A stretch of DNA of 64,000 nt from Octopus vulgaris (taxonomy: Eukaryota). Shown here piece after piece: positions 26,309 to 39,362 of the stretch. The notes under the pieces were generated by a model, which saw only the letters and a program-made list of their open reading frames with translations, was not told where the DNA came from and did not search any database. Both the position numbers and the translations under genes were made by a program. The stretch spans positions 37,076,001 through 37,140,000 of the forward strand of contig OX597823.1 in assembly GCA_951406725.2 (NCBI GenBank), in the 5' to 3' direction. How positions within the stretch are numbered: position 1 is the first letter of the stretch; the number at the start of each line of letters is the position of its first letter.

Positions 26309-26512
26309 CAGGCAGAGAACGGAAAAATGGAGAGGATAAGACGACAACTGATGAAGAGTCGTTCTTTATCTTGCTTGTCTTGTTTTCCATTTGTTTTTTT
26401 TTCGTTGTTCGCCCAAAAAGTTCATATTCCATGTTTTCGTATTTCATATTGTTTACGTTCTGTGACGTCCTGTGCCCATATATGCATATGTATATACATA
26501 TATATGTAAGTA
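25871..26512. mobile_element. Fold-back element with ~175 bp inverted arms (25871-26045 / 26343-26512)
   Basis: caggacgtcacagaacgtaaacaa..gaacgacccttaatcagttgtc pairs with gacaactgatgaagagtcgttc..ttgtttacgttctgtgacgtcctg. Both outer ends run into TA-rich microsatellite. Confidence 0.85.
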
Positions 26513-26514
26513 CA

Positions 26515-26580
<66 letters not shown>

Positions 26581-26585
<5 letters not shown>

Positions 26586-27152
26586 AAACCTCACTCTACT
26601 GTCAACAGACCCAAAAATGAAAAACATTATAAATACACACAAAATCCTCAAATGTAAAAGGCAACATAAATCTTTAAAAAAACTCTTGACAAATGCCAAA
26701 CTTCACACACCACAGTTAAAAAATGTGCACGCCCAGCAGTTAAAAAATGTGCACGCCCAAACTGTGGCACCTGCCCCTTCCTACTTGAAGGCTCTGAATT
26801 TATCTTCAAACAAGGAACGAAGTTTAAAATCAAGACCAACTTCTCCTGTTCCTCCGAGAACCTTATCTACGTTCTTACATGCGCCGGTTGCCAACATAAT
26901 TATGTTGGACAAACGAGCCTCCCCTTACGTAAAAGAGTAGCGGTCCATAAAGAACAAATAAATCTCCCGGAATACCGGCAAATTCCACTGAGTGGCCACT
27001 TAGACTCATGCGCTAAAGACAAAAGTCCCAAATTTTATATATTCCCCTTCTACCAATGTAAAGACGGAATCACCACACAGGAGAGAATTAACAAGGAGAA
27101 TCTCTTTATTGAAAAATTCAAAACGCATCTTAATATGCAAACTCCTCGTTAA
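26581..27152 (+). pseudogene. Penelope-like element (Neptune-type) 3' end: RT thumb, Cys-rich linker and GIY-YIG endonuclease
   Basis: KRQHKSLKKLLTNAKL, then a frameshift near 26712. The open frame 26739-27152 reads VKKCARPNCGTCPFL..NFSCSSENLIYVLTCAGCQHNYVGQTSLPLRKRVAVHKEQI..HLDSC..ERINKENLFIEKFKTHLN and is absent from the ORF track. Confidence 0.9.
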
Positions 27153-27798
27153 TCATACTTTTTTTTCTACCTCATTCTTCATGGATGGACCAATACAAAT
27201 ATATAAGGATATCATGCAATCATCACTTCAAGCTAAAACTTACATTCTTTATTTATCATTATTATTATTGTTGTTATTATTATTATTATTTTTAATATAT
27301 GACATAACAATCTGAAATGTAATTATAAATTGGTTTATGTAAATTTATATAATTAGAAAACAATATAAATAAAGTGTTAAAATCTGAATGTTAAGTTAGC
27401 AAACAATTATATACAAAAAAGATAATGCAAATGAAGCTAAAATGATAATTTTATAATTTAAGGTTTATTAACACCCTTTATTACAAAAAATTTATAAACC
27501 CAAATTGAAGAGTTGTCTCCCCTTACTCACAGGAACTGAATAACTACTTCCTGTCTTGACATTCATTCAACAGACACCCTTAATTAAATTAAACACCACA
27601 TGGCTTTAATCACATGCATCTCAACCCTCCAAGGTAATTTTTTCAAGAACTACCATTGAACTCGAGATACACCAAGACTTTACAATGTACCTATTTTTTA
27701 ATTTTTGTATATATTTATTATTATTTTTTTGCAAAAAACAATGTAATTTTCTTTTTCCCCCTCCTCAAACATAAAATTTGTTTTTCTTTTCACCTTAC

Positions 27799-27840
27799 AA
27801 TTCTTGAAAAGTCACATTGTGACGAAAACCGGTTTGAATT
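27799..27840 (+). ncRNA. Minimal type I hammerhead motif with U3-A8 core, downstream of the Penelope ORF
   Basis: aattc TTGAAAA gtcac-att-gtgac GAAA accggt TT gaatt: all three stems pair and stem III is palindromic. Confidence 0.7.
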
Positions 27841-28244
27841 AATATGTATATATTTTAGTAATTTTTCAAAATTTTCCATACACCCAACTTCATTATAATT
27901 GACCTTCAATTTAGCATTCTGCCTTTTTATAATTTTTCCTTGCCTATATATACGTATATATATATATATTATTTATATTATTATATGATTGAACGGCACG
28001 CATCCATTTCCATGTAAGTTTTATCTTAATAATTTTGATGCTACACTTGTTCTGTTCTATTTCTAAATCGTTTCTTCTCTCTTCCTTCCTCTGGTACTTT
28101 TTATCTCCCTTTCTCCCCCTTTTGTTTTTTACTCTCTCATCCTTTTCTATCGTTCCATTCGTGTGTGTGTGTGCGTGAACCATCTGCCCTTTGTTGTGGG
28201 AGAGGGAGACTTGGAAAGAGGAAAATAAGACTGTGGAAGGGAAT

Positions 28245-28830
28245 TCCAAAATTCAGAGGTGCGAGAAGAAACTGGTACTGTAAAGTGCTTTACTATATTT
28301 AGGAGGTTGCACAGTATACGGATGAGAACTGGATGCCAGTCTAATTGATCGCTGATAAGTTTTTAAAGGAGGAAGCAGAGAACAGAGCTCAGCTGAACAA
28401 TGTCCATGAAAATACTTACAGAAAAGAGGTAAGGAAGCCACACGACGACGATGAGAGAGTGAATCCAATTTAGAAGATAGATCAGCGCCAATAGCATTAC
28501 AAATCCGGCGTTGAATGCGGTCAAACAATCTGCAGGGTCACCGGCTCACATTTGACAACAATACTCAATGCAGGGGCGAATGGTGGACATATAAATATAA
28601 AGAATAGCCTCAGGAGTGAGAAAACTCCTCGAACGAAGGAGTGAACCTACCTTCATTGCAGCCGATTTGGCAACATATTCAATGTAAGTCCTCCAAGAAA
28701 AATCATTGCAGAAAGTCACTCCTAGGAGACGAAGAGAACGACTATCAGTTAAGTCAATATCATCCATCGAAACCGATGGCAAGAAAGGATGTCTGAAGCG
28801 ATTGATTGAAAGAAGTTTAGTTTTCGAAGG
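28245..28830 (-). pseudogene. LINE RT C-terminal fragment (CR1/L2/Jockey-type)
   Basis: PSKTKLL..LRLLGVTF..FSWRTYI..YMSTIRPCIEYC and DRIQRRICNAIG..LDSLSHRRRVASLPLFCKYFHG. Confidence 0.85.
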
Positions 28831-28981
<151 letters not shown>

Positions 28982-29153
28982 TAGGTAAACTTAGATATGT
29001 TTCGACCAATGATTGGTCCAGGCCATGTTTAACTTAATACCACCACCTGATAGGATTATTTGAATCCTGTTTAGGTCAAGTTTTGTTTATGGTCCATTCA
29101 AGTAGTGAGTCTTTGTTGGGTGAGTTGTATCCAATTATGGGTGGCTTATCTGG

Positions 29154-29200
<47 letters not shown>

Positions 29201-29306
29201 TTTACATAAAGGTTATTTTAACGTACCGATCTACTTGGTAAAATTGTTAATTAGTTGATTAACTGATTAATTAATTTGATTAATAATACCCTTTTATTAT
29301 TAATTT

Positions 29307-29375
<69 letters not shown>

Positions 29376-30774
29376 TAAATACGTGAGTTTCTCTTTTATG
29401 TTCATATGTATACATACATACATCCATACATATATGTGTATAGGTATGAACGTTTCCGTCAAACAGTTTGTAATTATCTGCATTCACACACACACACACA
29501 CACGCACACACACGCACACACGCACGCACGCAACCACACACACACACACACGCACGCACACATTCACACACATTGTTAATAGCAGTAGTTTTTCTTGATC
29601 AGCGCCAAAATAAACTAAATTCCTTGTTAAAGGATTTTGTTTTGCCGTTACAAGAGTCTTTTATGACTATTCACTTGATTAAAGTATCATTCTTTCTGAG
29701 ATTGCTAGCGTCCCTCTTTACTGCACCATTAACCGCTGATTCTGGTATCTACTAACAATTTATGGTGCATTTGGTAACGTTGCTATCTCACAGGATCATC
29801 ACGTGACCAGCGGTATGTTTCCTCCTCTTTCTAGTTTTCTCCTTCATGTCACTTTGCAGTTATAAGTTTTCAGTTCAATTTCAACCAATGCCGACTTAAT
29901 TATTTCTTAGAGTATTTGTAAAGAAAAAGAAGCACAAAGTAAGAATACATTTAAGCGAGTGTGCACACAGAAATCTGTGCCATTAGGTCATTAGAAATGT
30001 ATTCGCTTGTTTTGCAAAATGTTATTTTCTAAACGCTGCCATTGCTAGTATTGTTGGCAATGTCAAGAATGGTATCAAGCGTAGACGAACAATATTAGTT
30101 TTGACTGACGTTCCAATGTTGGCTGCTTTCTTGGCAGCAACAATAGTGGTAATAGTCGTTAGTCTAGTAGAAATAACAGCCTTTACAGTTACTATGACTG
30201 TGTCGAAAGAAATCATCATCACATCAATACAAGCAACGGTTTGAGTTATTGTTCCTGCATTCGTATAACGTGCAGTGTTACCAAACAGTGCTACGATGAT
30301 GAAATCTTTAATATCAACCCCTCGTTAGGGTTAAAATACTTATTACAAAGATATGATGCAATGTAGTAGGCAACAGAGACATTATATATTTGATAAAAGC
30401 TATGTTTGTACACAGTGATGGGTTCAACGTGTGCATTGGACATAAGTGATAAAAGCTGAATTGCGGTGGACTGGTCTATTTAAATCCCAATTTATTACAA
30501 CCATTTAACTGGCATTTAAACTAAACTATGGCGGCTGAAACGGTGAAGACAACATTGACAAAGACAACAATAGCGAAATTTAAAGGCCTACACACGCATT
30601 CTAAGGAGAGTCAGTAAATAACATATTGGTATGTATATGTGTGTCTGTGTGTATATGTATATGTACACACACACACACACACAGGTACATAGTATGAAAA
30701 GGTAAAACAGTTGGTATCAGATTAAATTATGGTATTTATATCTTTAAACATGGTGTTACATGAGACCTTCCAAT

Positions 30775-30839
<65 letters not shown>

Positions 30840-30840
30840 C

Positions 30841-30871
<31 letters not shown>

Positions 30872-30933
30872 CGTACATATACATATATCTATATGTATGT
30901 ATATAGACATGTATATATATATGATCGTGTGTA

Positions 30934-31008
<75 letters not shown>

Positions 31009-31011
31009 ATA

Positions 31012-31540
31012 GAGGCACAAGCACAACTGCCACTAAAGTGACTTAGGGCTGCAAGTCACCACCAGCATTGCTAGAAATAAGAATCAAAGCAACTCTTAGC
31101 CACGGGTAGAGCACCATCTATTGACTAACAAGGGAGACAACCTCCCAACATCAATCGAGAGCGCCAAATCACCGGGGATTTCAGACAGAATTAATCCTCG
31201 CCAAGAGTTTAGCTAACTCGCCTTGTCAGTTTATAGAAACTACCATAGGGACCATTGACTGATTCAGTAAAATGGTAAAGCGATAAATTATAAATTATTA
31301 AAGTTGCTAGTCGCAATTTAAAACCAAAATGTACAAGTATAATTACAAAAGTGACTGAGAGTGCAAGTCAGTCAATAGATGGTGCTCTACCCGCGGCAAA
31401 GAGTTGTTTTGACTGGGCAATAAAGAAATAGTTATTTCTAGAAATGCTGGTGCTGACTTGCACTCGTAGTCACTTTAGTGATGATTGTACTTGTACCTTT
31501 TGGTTTTAAATGACGACTAACCACTTTGATAATTTATATA
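31012..31540. repeat. Nested inverted repeats
   Basis: 31012-31127 pairs with about 31370-31499 (gggtagagcaccatctattgact / agtcaatagatggtgctctaccc). 31290-31370 pairs with about 31453-31540. Confidence 0.8.
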
Positions 31541-31544
31541 TTCT

Positions 31545-32045
<501 letters not shown>

Positions 32046-32234
32046 GAATGTAATAAAGAGAGCAAGAGCACACACGAAGACGGAAAGTGTTGCTAAGGAA
32101 GTCACAGATGTATGACGAAATATTTCCAGACAATGGACATGAGTTCGAATAAGAACAGTAATAAACGAGTGAAGAACGAATATATAGTGCGTGTGATTAT
32201 TTGTCAAAAAAAAAAAATGAAAGTAACCATCCCG

Positions 32235-32411
<177 letters not shown>

Positions 32412-32541
32412 AGGGATGACCACTAAGTGGCCCTCCATATGGGAGAAGTCGCCCCCCTATGATCTTACCACTAAGAAAGGAATGTTCTCAAGGAAATTTA
32501 GCAAACGCCAGAACGTAAGCGAGCAAGACAAATGAAAAGAT

Positions 32542-32582
<41 letters not shown>

Positions 32583-33695
32583 GTGTGTGCGCGTGTGCGT
32601 GCGTGTGTGTATGTTAATATGTGTAGAAAGAGAGGATATTAGGTGGTCTTGTGTGAAGGAAGCCATATATAAGTGATTATAAGTAATGATGCTAGAATAG
32701 TAGAGTTATCTGTTAGCCAGATTAGCCAGCGGAGGTGAGGTATATGATAAGGAATACTTACTAGTTACAGCAGTTTAGTATAGTGATCAGTACGATGTGT
32801 GTGGGCTGGTAAGAGTTAGCTTAAGTATGGTGAGTTAGGAAGCAACGTAGGTGTAAGGTTGTAAATCATCTAACAACGACTTGGTTCTGATGCTATTAAA
32901 TGCGGCTGGGATGTTTGTGTTTATTGTAAAAATAAGGAATTAATATTTAATTGTAAGTTTAATGAAGGGATTGTATATGTTTAGGCATGTGTGCAGATGT
33001 CGTAAATAAGTGAAAACAGAGAGATCCTAAATATTGTATCTTTTCAGAGGAGAAGAGTCAAGTTAAAGTCACTAGAGAATAATATTTTATTAAACGTCTG
33101 CGATATAATTCCAGTTAGAATGGATAGTGAAATTAGAAACTAAAAATTATGCTGATCCGCCGTATAGCGCTACCGGTCATCGCCTGGTGACTGGAAAAGC
33201 ATAAGAGAGTCAGTCTCTCCAATCAGCTCGTAGCGTCGTCTGCATAGCGTCCGTGGCCGAAGAAAAGATAACTACTCCAAAATGCGAGCATCTGACAGTC
33301 TAGGTAGATGGCGCTGCGAGCTGATCTAGGTGTATAGACAACATTTGTCAACAAGGGAAATATATTCTCCGTAACAAAAAACAGTGAGCAATTTTTTCCC
33401 CAGTTCGAACGTGCATCAAGCATATACGGCCTGACAATAACATCACAATTGTCAGGTTTGTTTGTAAGACTAGTATTGCGAACTGACAGAATCGCTAACA
33501 CGCCTGGCAAAATGCTTGGAGGTATTTCATCTATCTTTACTCTAAATACAACACTAGTTGTAACTTGGTTGCCGGCCAAGGCTTAGTTAGGGACGCCAAG
33601 TTCGCCCTGTGTAACTTGATGCAGGACTCTCACAGACGCAGAGGTCACGCAGGCCAGTGCAGGGCAGGGGTGGAATTAATTCCCTGTGCAGTTCA

Positions 33696-33770
<75 letters not shown>

Positions 33771-33923
33771 CTTAACACCTGTTGCTGTTTTTGTAGCTAT
33801 TGTTAGTATTAATATCATTGCTATTACTGGAGTTATTGCTTTCATTACCAATCATACTATTAGGCTAGTTGGTGCGACATGGCCTTGTTCTTCAGCTACT
33901 ACAGCTTCCGCTTGCGTCATACA

Positions 33924-33984
<61 letters not shown>

Positions 33985-34975
33985 GAGTGAGAGAGCATGT
34001 GCACAACATAGTCATCTCATATCAAGATAAACAGCTAGAATTTTCTTCAGATCGAGTAGCCCATCCCACTCAAAAGGTCCCTAAATAAAGGTTGTTTAAG
34101 GATGTTGAACGAAACACCCATGTTTCCAGAGGTGAATTATCCAAACCCCAAAGAATTCCTTTCAACACACGGCTCTGATGCTCCCCCACTACTTCTGCTC
34201 GTGATCAGAGATGCACATATCGTCAGCCACTAAGGAACGTGCTCAACTGGTTATGGTCAAACAACTGACAAGCAAATCTGTGGTATTGAGCAGATTATTT
34301 GTTGTAGCCCATCTTTTATACCAAGACAAAACAATGTACATGATAACACTTCCAATCAGTTAAGATCAGAAGCCATGAGAGCCGCTACCTGTGACTGGAT
34401 GAGGGCATTTATCCTCCTCCTCCTCCTCCTCATCATCATCATCATCATCATCATCATTGTGTGAGATAGCAACACATGTCATCAAAGTGATGCTAAGATA
34501 CACATACACGAAGCCCAATATACCCATCATGACTACCCATCTGATAAGGATATACCAGGCACATGCGTCATAATCATACCTGCTAGTTCATGATCTAGCA
34601 AGTGGAGTCCAGTTAGAATTTTTTTCATGTCGAGTAGCCCATTCTCCTCAAAAGGTCCCTGAATAAGGGCTGTTTAAGGATGATAAACGAAACATCCATG
34701 TTTGCAAGGGTTAATTATTCAAATCCCAAAGAATCCGTCTCAGTACATGTCTATGATGTTCCCTCACTACTCCTGTTCGTGATCAGAGATGCACACACCG
34801 TCAAACACTAAGGGATATGCTTAACTGGTTAAAGTCATGCAACGGACAAACAAATCTGTGATATTGAGAAGAATATTTACTGTAGCCCATCTTTTACACC
34901 AAGCCAAAACATGTACTTCCAATCAGTTAAGATCAGAAGCCATGAGATCCACAGCCCAGTATTGCATCAGAGCAT
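33985..34975 (-). mobile_element. Two tandem copies (about 33985-34410 and 34458-34975) of a non-coding retroposon embedded in trinucleotide microsatellites
   Basis: Shared blocks include cgagtagcccat..caaaaggtccct, cgtgatcagagatgcaca and cttccaatcagttaagatcagaagccatgaga. Each copy abuts (ATT)n or (TCA)n. Confidence 0.75.
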
Positions 34976-35519
34976 TGCTACTAGTACTGTTGGATCACAT
35001 TGTTATGGGGAAGAGTAGTTGAATAGGCGTTGCTCTCATTAGTGTGGTGGGTAGCGTGCGTTGTCTCCGAAAGTTGAGAATTGAGATGCAGTTGGATTAA
35101 GTAATTCTTAAGTTTTAAACAAGCGTGCACACTTAAGTTTTGAACATACACGCGTATATACATACATATATACACACACACATTCTACATATTCAATTCT
35201 TTAGCATATTGCTCATTCTACATCACAATTACTGCACCATTCTAATTCATCTCTCTAGACCAAGGAGGTCCCAGGCATATACATACATTCTGGTTCCGTT
35301 GTCTCGAGACGAACCTTAATATTTATACGCATATATCTTTGTATGAGCGTATTTACAGGTTGAGTCAAACTCGTAAGGAGTCAAACTCTGCCTAGGTAAT
35401 TGCTTCAGCAGAAATATTCCCTTTGGTTTGGTAAATTTCCTTTTTATGTTACTGGACAACTATTCATGAATTTGAATTTTTTTTCTATAAAATAATCTCC
35501 TTTTAGGGTCGTTGAAAGG

Positions 35520-35918
35520 GAAATATTTATTCTTTTCTACTCTAGACACAAGGACCGGGGGGGGGGCAGTTGTTTAGATCGACCCCAGTACGCAACTGGT
35601 ACTTATTTTATCAACCTCGGAAGGGATGAAAGGCAAAGTCGACCTCCGAAGAATTTGAACTCAGAACGTAAAGACAGACGAAATACCTATTTCTTTACTA
35701 CCCACAAGGGGCTAACAGAGGGGACGAACAAGGACAGACAAACGGATTAAGTCGATTATATTGACCCCAGTGCGTAACTGGTACTTTATTTATCGACCCC
35801 GAAAGGATGAAAGGCAAAGTCGACCTCGGCGGAATTTGAACTCAGAACGTAGCGACAGACGAAATAGTGCTAAGCATTTCGCCCGGCGTGCTAACGTTTC
35901 TACCAGCTCGCCGACTTA
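35520..35918 (-). mobile_element. SINE family C, minus strand, two abutting copies
   Basis: The block gaaaggcaaagtcgacctc..aatttgaactcagaacgta occurs twice. The head ends ccagctcgccgactt. Confidence 0.8.
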
Positions 35919-35939
35919 AGGGAGATAATTATTGAATTA

Positions 35940-36550
35940 GGATAGGAATTGTTTAGCAATGTTAGATTTCAGGTTTAATGAGAAAAAGAGTCTGAAACCA
36001 ATGATATTCTGATATGTTTTCCTGTTAGTAAATAGCAGGTGATTTGAGAGGTAATAAAGTTTATCTCTAACGTCTGTTTTCTGCAAGTGCGTTATTAGAG
36101 GAAGCAGTGACTCTATCAAAGATATCTTTATTTACCCATATATTAGAGATTTTACTAACTAATATTTTTGACTATTTTTGAAAGCTATAATAAATTAGTT
36201 GCAATATCTGCTAGTTTTGTTTGGTTTTCGTTTCTCTAGTTTTGGTAATATTATTTACAGAACATATCTTTATTTACTCCAGATTGTTTGTTACATCTGA
36301 CTATATGAAGGTTTTTAGAGGTTTTCTTAACGTTGTTGATATCACAGTTTAGTTGTATTGGGAGACATTATTGTAATTTCAGATACTTGTCATATCTAAG
36401 AGGGCTAAATAAAATTATTGGAGGCGTTTAATTATACATGAAGAGTATTTGGATGTTTTTATACCGTACTATTAGACGTTAGTGAATTATTGATGTTTAG
36501 ATAAGGATAAAAGGATTTCCATAACGTTTTATTTATGGCATCTACATTTA
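35940..36550 (-). pseudogene. Possible highly decayed Penelope-like RT fragment
   Basis: HLQKTDVRDKLYYLSNH resembles the PLE RT C-terminal KPTD..YL...S.HP motif. The rest is unreadable. Confidence 0.35.
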
Positions 36551-38198
36551 CACACATAAACGATGACAACCTGTAGCTTATGTCATTTCATCTTCACGTA
36601 TTTCAAATAAGCATAAGACTATTCAAACGGCGTTTCCAGATAAAATGTAGCTATTTCACAATCCCATCCATAGAAAATTGGAGAAACACAAAACCCCGAA
36701 TTAAAACGTATTCACCCCACCGACAGTTATATTAAAAATAAGCGCGCGCATTCATGCAAAAGCACCTGATTGTAATCTCCAAATATTATCGATCATGATA
36801 ACGAAGTTGCTTAATAATTAAAAACAAATCTCGTAGTGCTAGGACTAGTTAGTTCTAATAAGTCTTAGTTTTATGTTTCAATTAATTTTTATTTAATCAT
36901 TCTTTAAGGTATTAGTTGCTAGAGTCTTTAGAGCATCGCAATAAATGTCTTGCTGGATGTTAACGGCTTTTTGCATTCTGAGTTCACATTCCGCAGTTAA
37001 CTCATCATTTTTTTTTTCTGCTAAAGGTGGCGAGCAGGCAGAATCATTAAGCACGCTGGACAATATGCTTAACAACATTTCTTCAGGCTTTTTGAATTCC
37101 GAGTTCAAATTCTGTCAAAGTCGACTTTACCTTTCATTCCTTCGGATTCGATAAAACAAATAACAGCTGATATATGGAGGTCAATGTAATCGATTAGCCA
37201 CCCACCTACCTCAAAATTCCTAGCCCTGTGACAACAATTAGAAAGAATTATTAATTGCCAATTCATTCTATTATTTCGATTTCCAATAAATCGCATTCTC
37301 CAATATTTATGTTGGAAATATATTTCTTTTTCAGGTGCTGTGTGATTTCGTTTTATACATATTCCCTAGAAAGATATTCGGAAAGGCATGAAGATAATTC
37401 CCCATCACCTAAATATTTATAGTGTTTGCTTTAACAGAACAATGTTATATAAAACAATGTATATAAGACCTCCTAATATAGACACCATTTTACTTATATG
37501 GCAGTAAAGTTACAATCAACTAGGTTAACCCCCGTCTCCAGTAATTGTCTGGTATTTATTTTATAGATTATAGAAATTAAATGGATTAGCTGTAAATGTT
37601 TCGATGAATAAAACAATCACGTTGTCGTGATTGGAAGATGTCTTTATGAAACAACATTAAAAGCGGATCAATTCTGTTCGGTAGCGTTGTTCGGGAATAT
37701 AAGAGTCTATCATAATACAGAAATTGTTATCACTATACAAAATAAATGTATCAATCATAATAGATCGAATATGTTCAAGTTGAAAAGCAGATACAATTGT
37801 CCAGGGCAATGTTAAAAAAATAGCAGTAAATAGCTGTGCTAGGGAAACAAAAACATAAAATAAATTGTTCATTCATTTAGTACATGGCTTCAATAATCTC
37901 CAGGTTCTGGCACTTGTTGAGGAATATTTATATTTACTCAATTTATATACGTATGTGTGTGTGAGAGAAAGAGAAAGAGAGAGAGGAGGAGAAAAAGAGA
38001 GAGGGCGAGAAAGATAGATAGATAGAGAGAGGGAGAGAGAGAGAGAGACCGAGACAGAGAAAGACAAAACAGACAGAGACAGAGATTGAGAAAGAATTGC
38101 ACTGCCTAGGACTTCCTTAGTCAAGAGAGATGAATGTGAATGGTGCAGTCATTCTGATGAAGAATGAGCAATATGCTAAAGAATAGATATGTAGAATA

Positions 38199-38232
<34 letters not shown>

Positions 38233-38900
38233 TGCGTGCGTGTATGTGTGCCTGTATGTGTGTGCCTGTTTCTGTATACAAACGCACATATATTTACATA
38301 TATCATGTAATATATAGAGATATTATGTGTGTATGTATATATGTATGTATATGCGTATGAGTGTGTGAACACACATCTCTCTCTTTCTCTCTCACTTTCT
38401 CTCTCGCGCGCGCTTTCTTTCTCTCTATCTTTTTATATATGTATATATATATAAACGGCCCACACACAAACACATGTATATATATATATATACACACACA
38501 CACACAAAGACACACACACACTCACATCATTCTGACCTCCATACAGACGCACATATACACACACATGCGCACACACTCGCACCATTCTGACCTCTAAAGA
38601 CCAAAACCCCAAATCATTGATGCTTGGAGGAGAGACAAAAAAAACTTCTTTTCAGTTCCACATTTCTCTTCCTTCCCCCCACCCAAACACACCTACACTG
38701 TCCCTTGAAATAAAAAATAGTCTTTTACGATAACATGGTGGACCAGGTCAGTTTAAAACTACCCTACTACTATAATGTAAACTTTTAAAACTTATAATGT
38801 TCTGTGAGTGTATGTATATACAGATACAATACCAATATTCCACTGAACTTTTTAATAACTATCTTTAACATTTTCTTGAGAATGTATATACATGTTGTAA

Positions 38901-39208
38901 TCTTTTGTGCCCAATATTTTAATGAACTTGTTAAACTTTTTATATGTTCCCAAGATTTTCCGTTGTACGCTGTTCTTAACATGTTCTTATTATCAAGGAA
39001 TGTACATGTATATTGTAATATTTTCTGACAACCAGTACCTGGCACAACCAAGCTTTTGTTCCCAATATTTTGATGAACTTGTTAAACTTTTTTATATTTT
39101 CCCAAGATTTTCCCTTGTAAAGTGTTCTTAACATGTTCTTGTTACCAAAGAATGTATATATGTATTGTAGTATTTTGTGACAACCAATAATTAACACAAC
39201 CAAACTTT
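38901..39208 (+). repeat. ~154 bp tandem duplication (2 units)
   Basis: cccaatatttt.atgaacttgttaaactttt..cccaagattttcc..tgttcttaacatgttctt occurs at 38910 and 39061. Confidence 0.85.
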
Positions 39209-39214
39209 TACATG

Positions 39215-39259
39215 TTACTTTTGACAATCTTTTTCTAAAAAGTGAAACCGGTAAAGTAA
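39215..39259 (+). ncRNA. Minimal type I hammerhead motif with U3-A8 core
   Basis: ttactt TTGACAA t cttttt-ct-aaaaag t GAAA ccgg TA aagtaa: 6 bp stem I and palindromic stem III, about 35 bp before (TA)n. Confidence 0.7.
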
Positions 39260-39293
39260 ATAAACATCTTTTAAAATTGCATTTTCAAACTTT

Positions 39294-39362
<69 letters not shown>

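Noticed and set aside
33160-33330. CTCF-like AGATGGCGC and CCAAT motifs in a GC-richer patch
   Set aside because: Partial motif matches only, expected by chance or within repeats.
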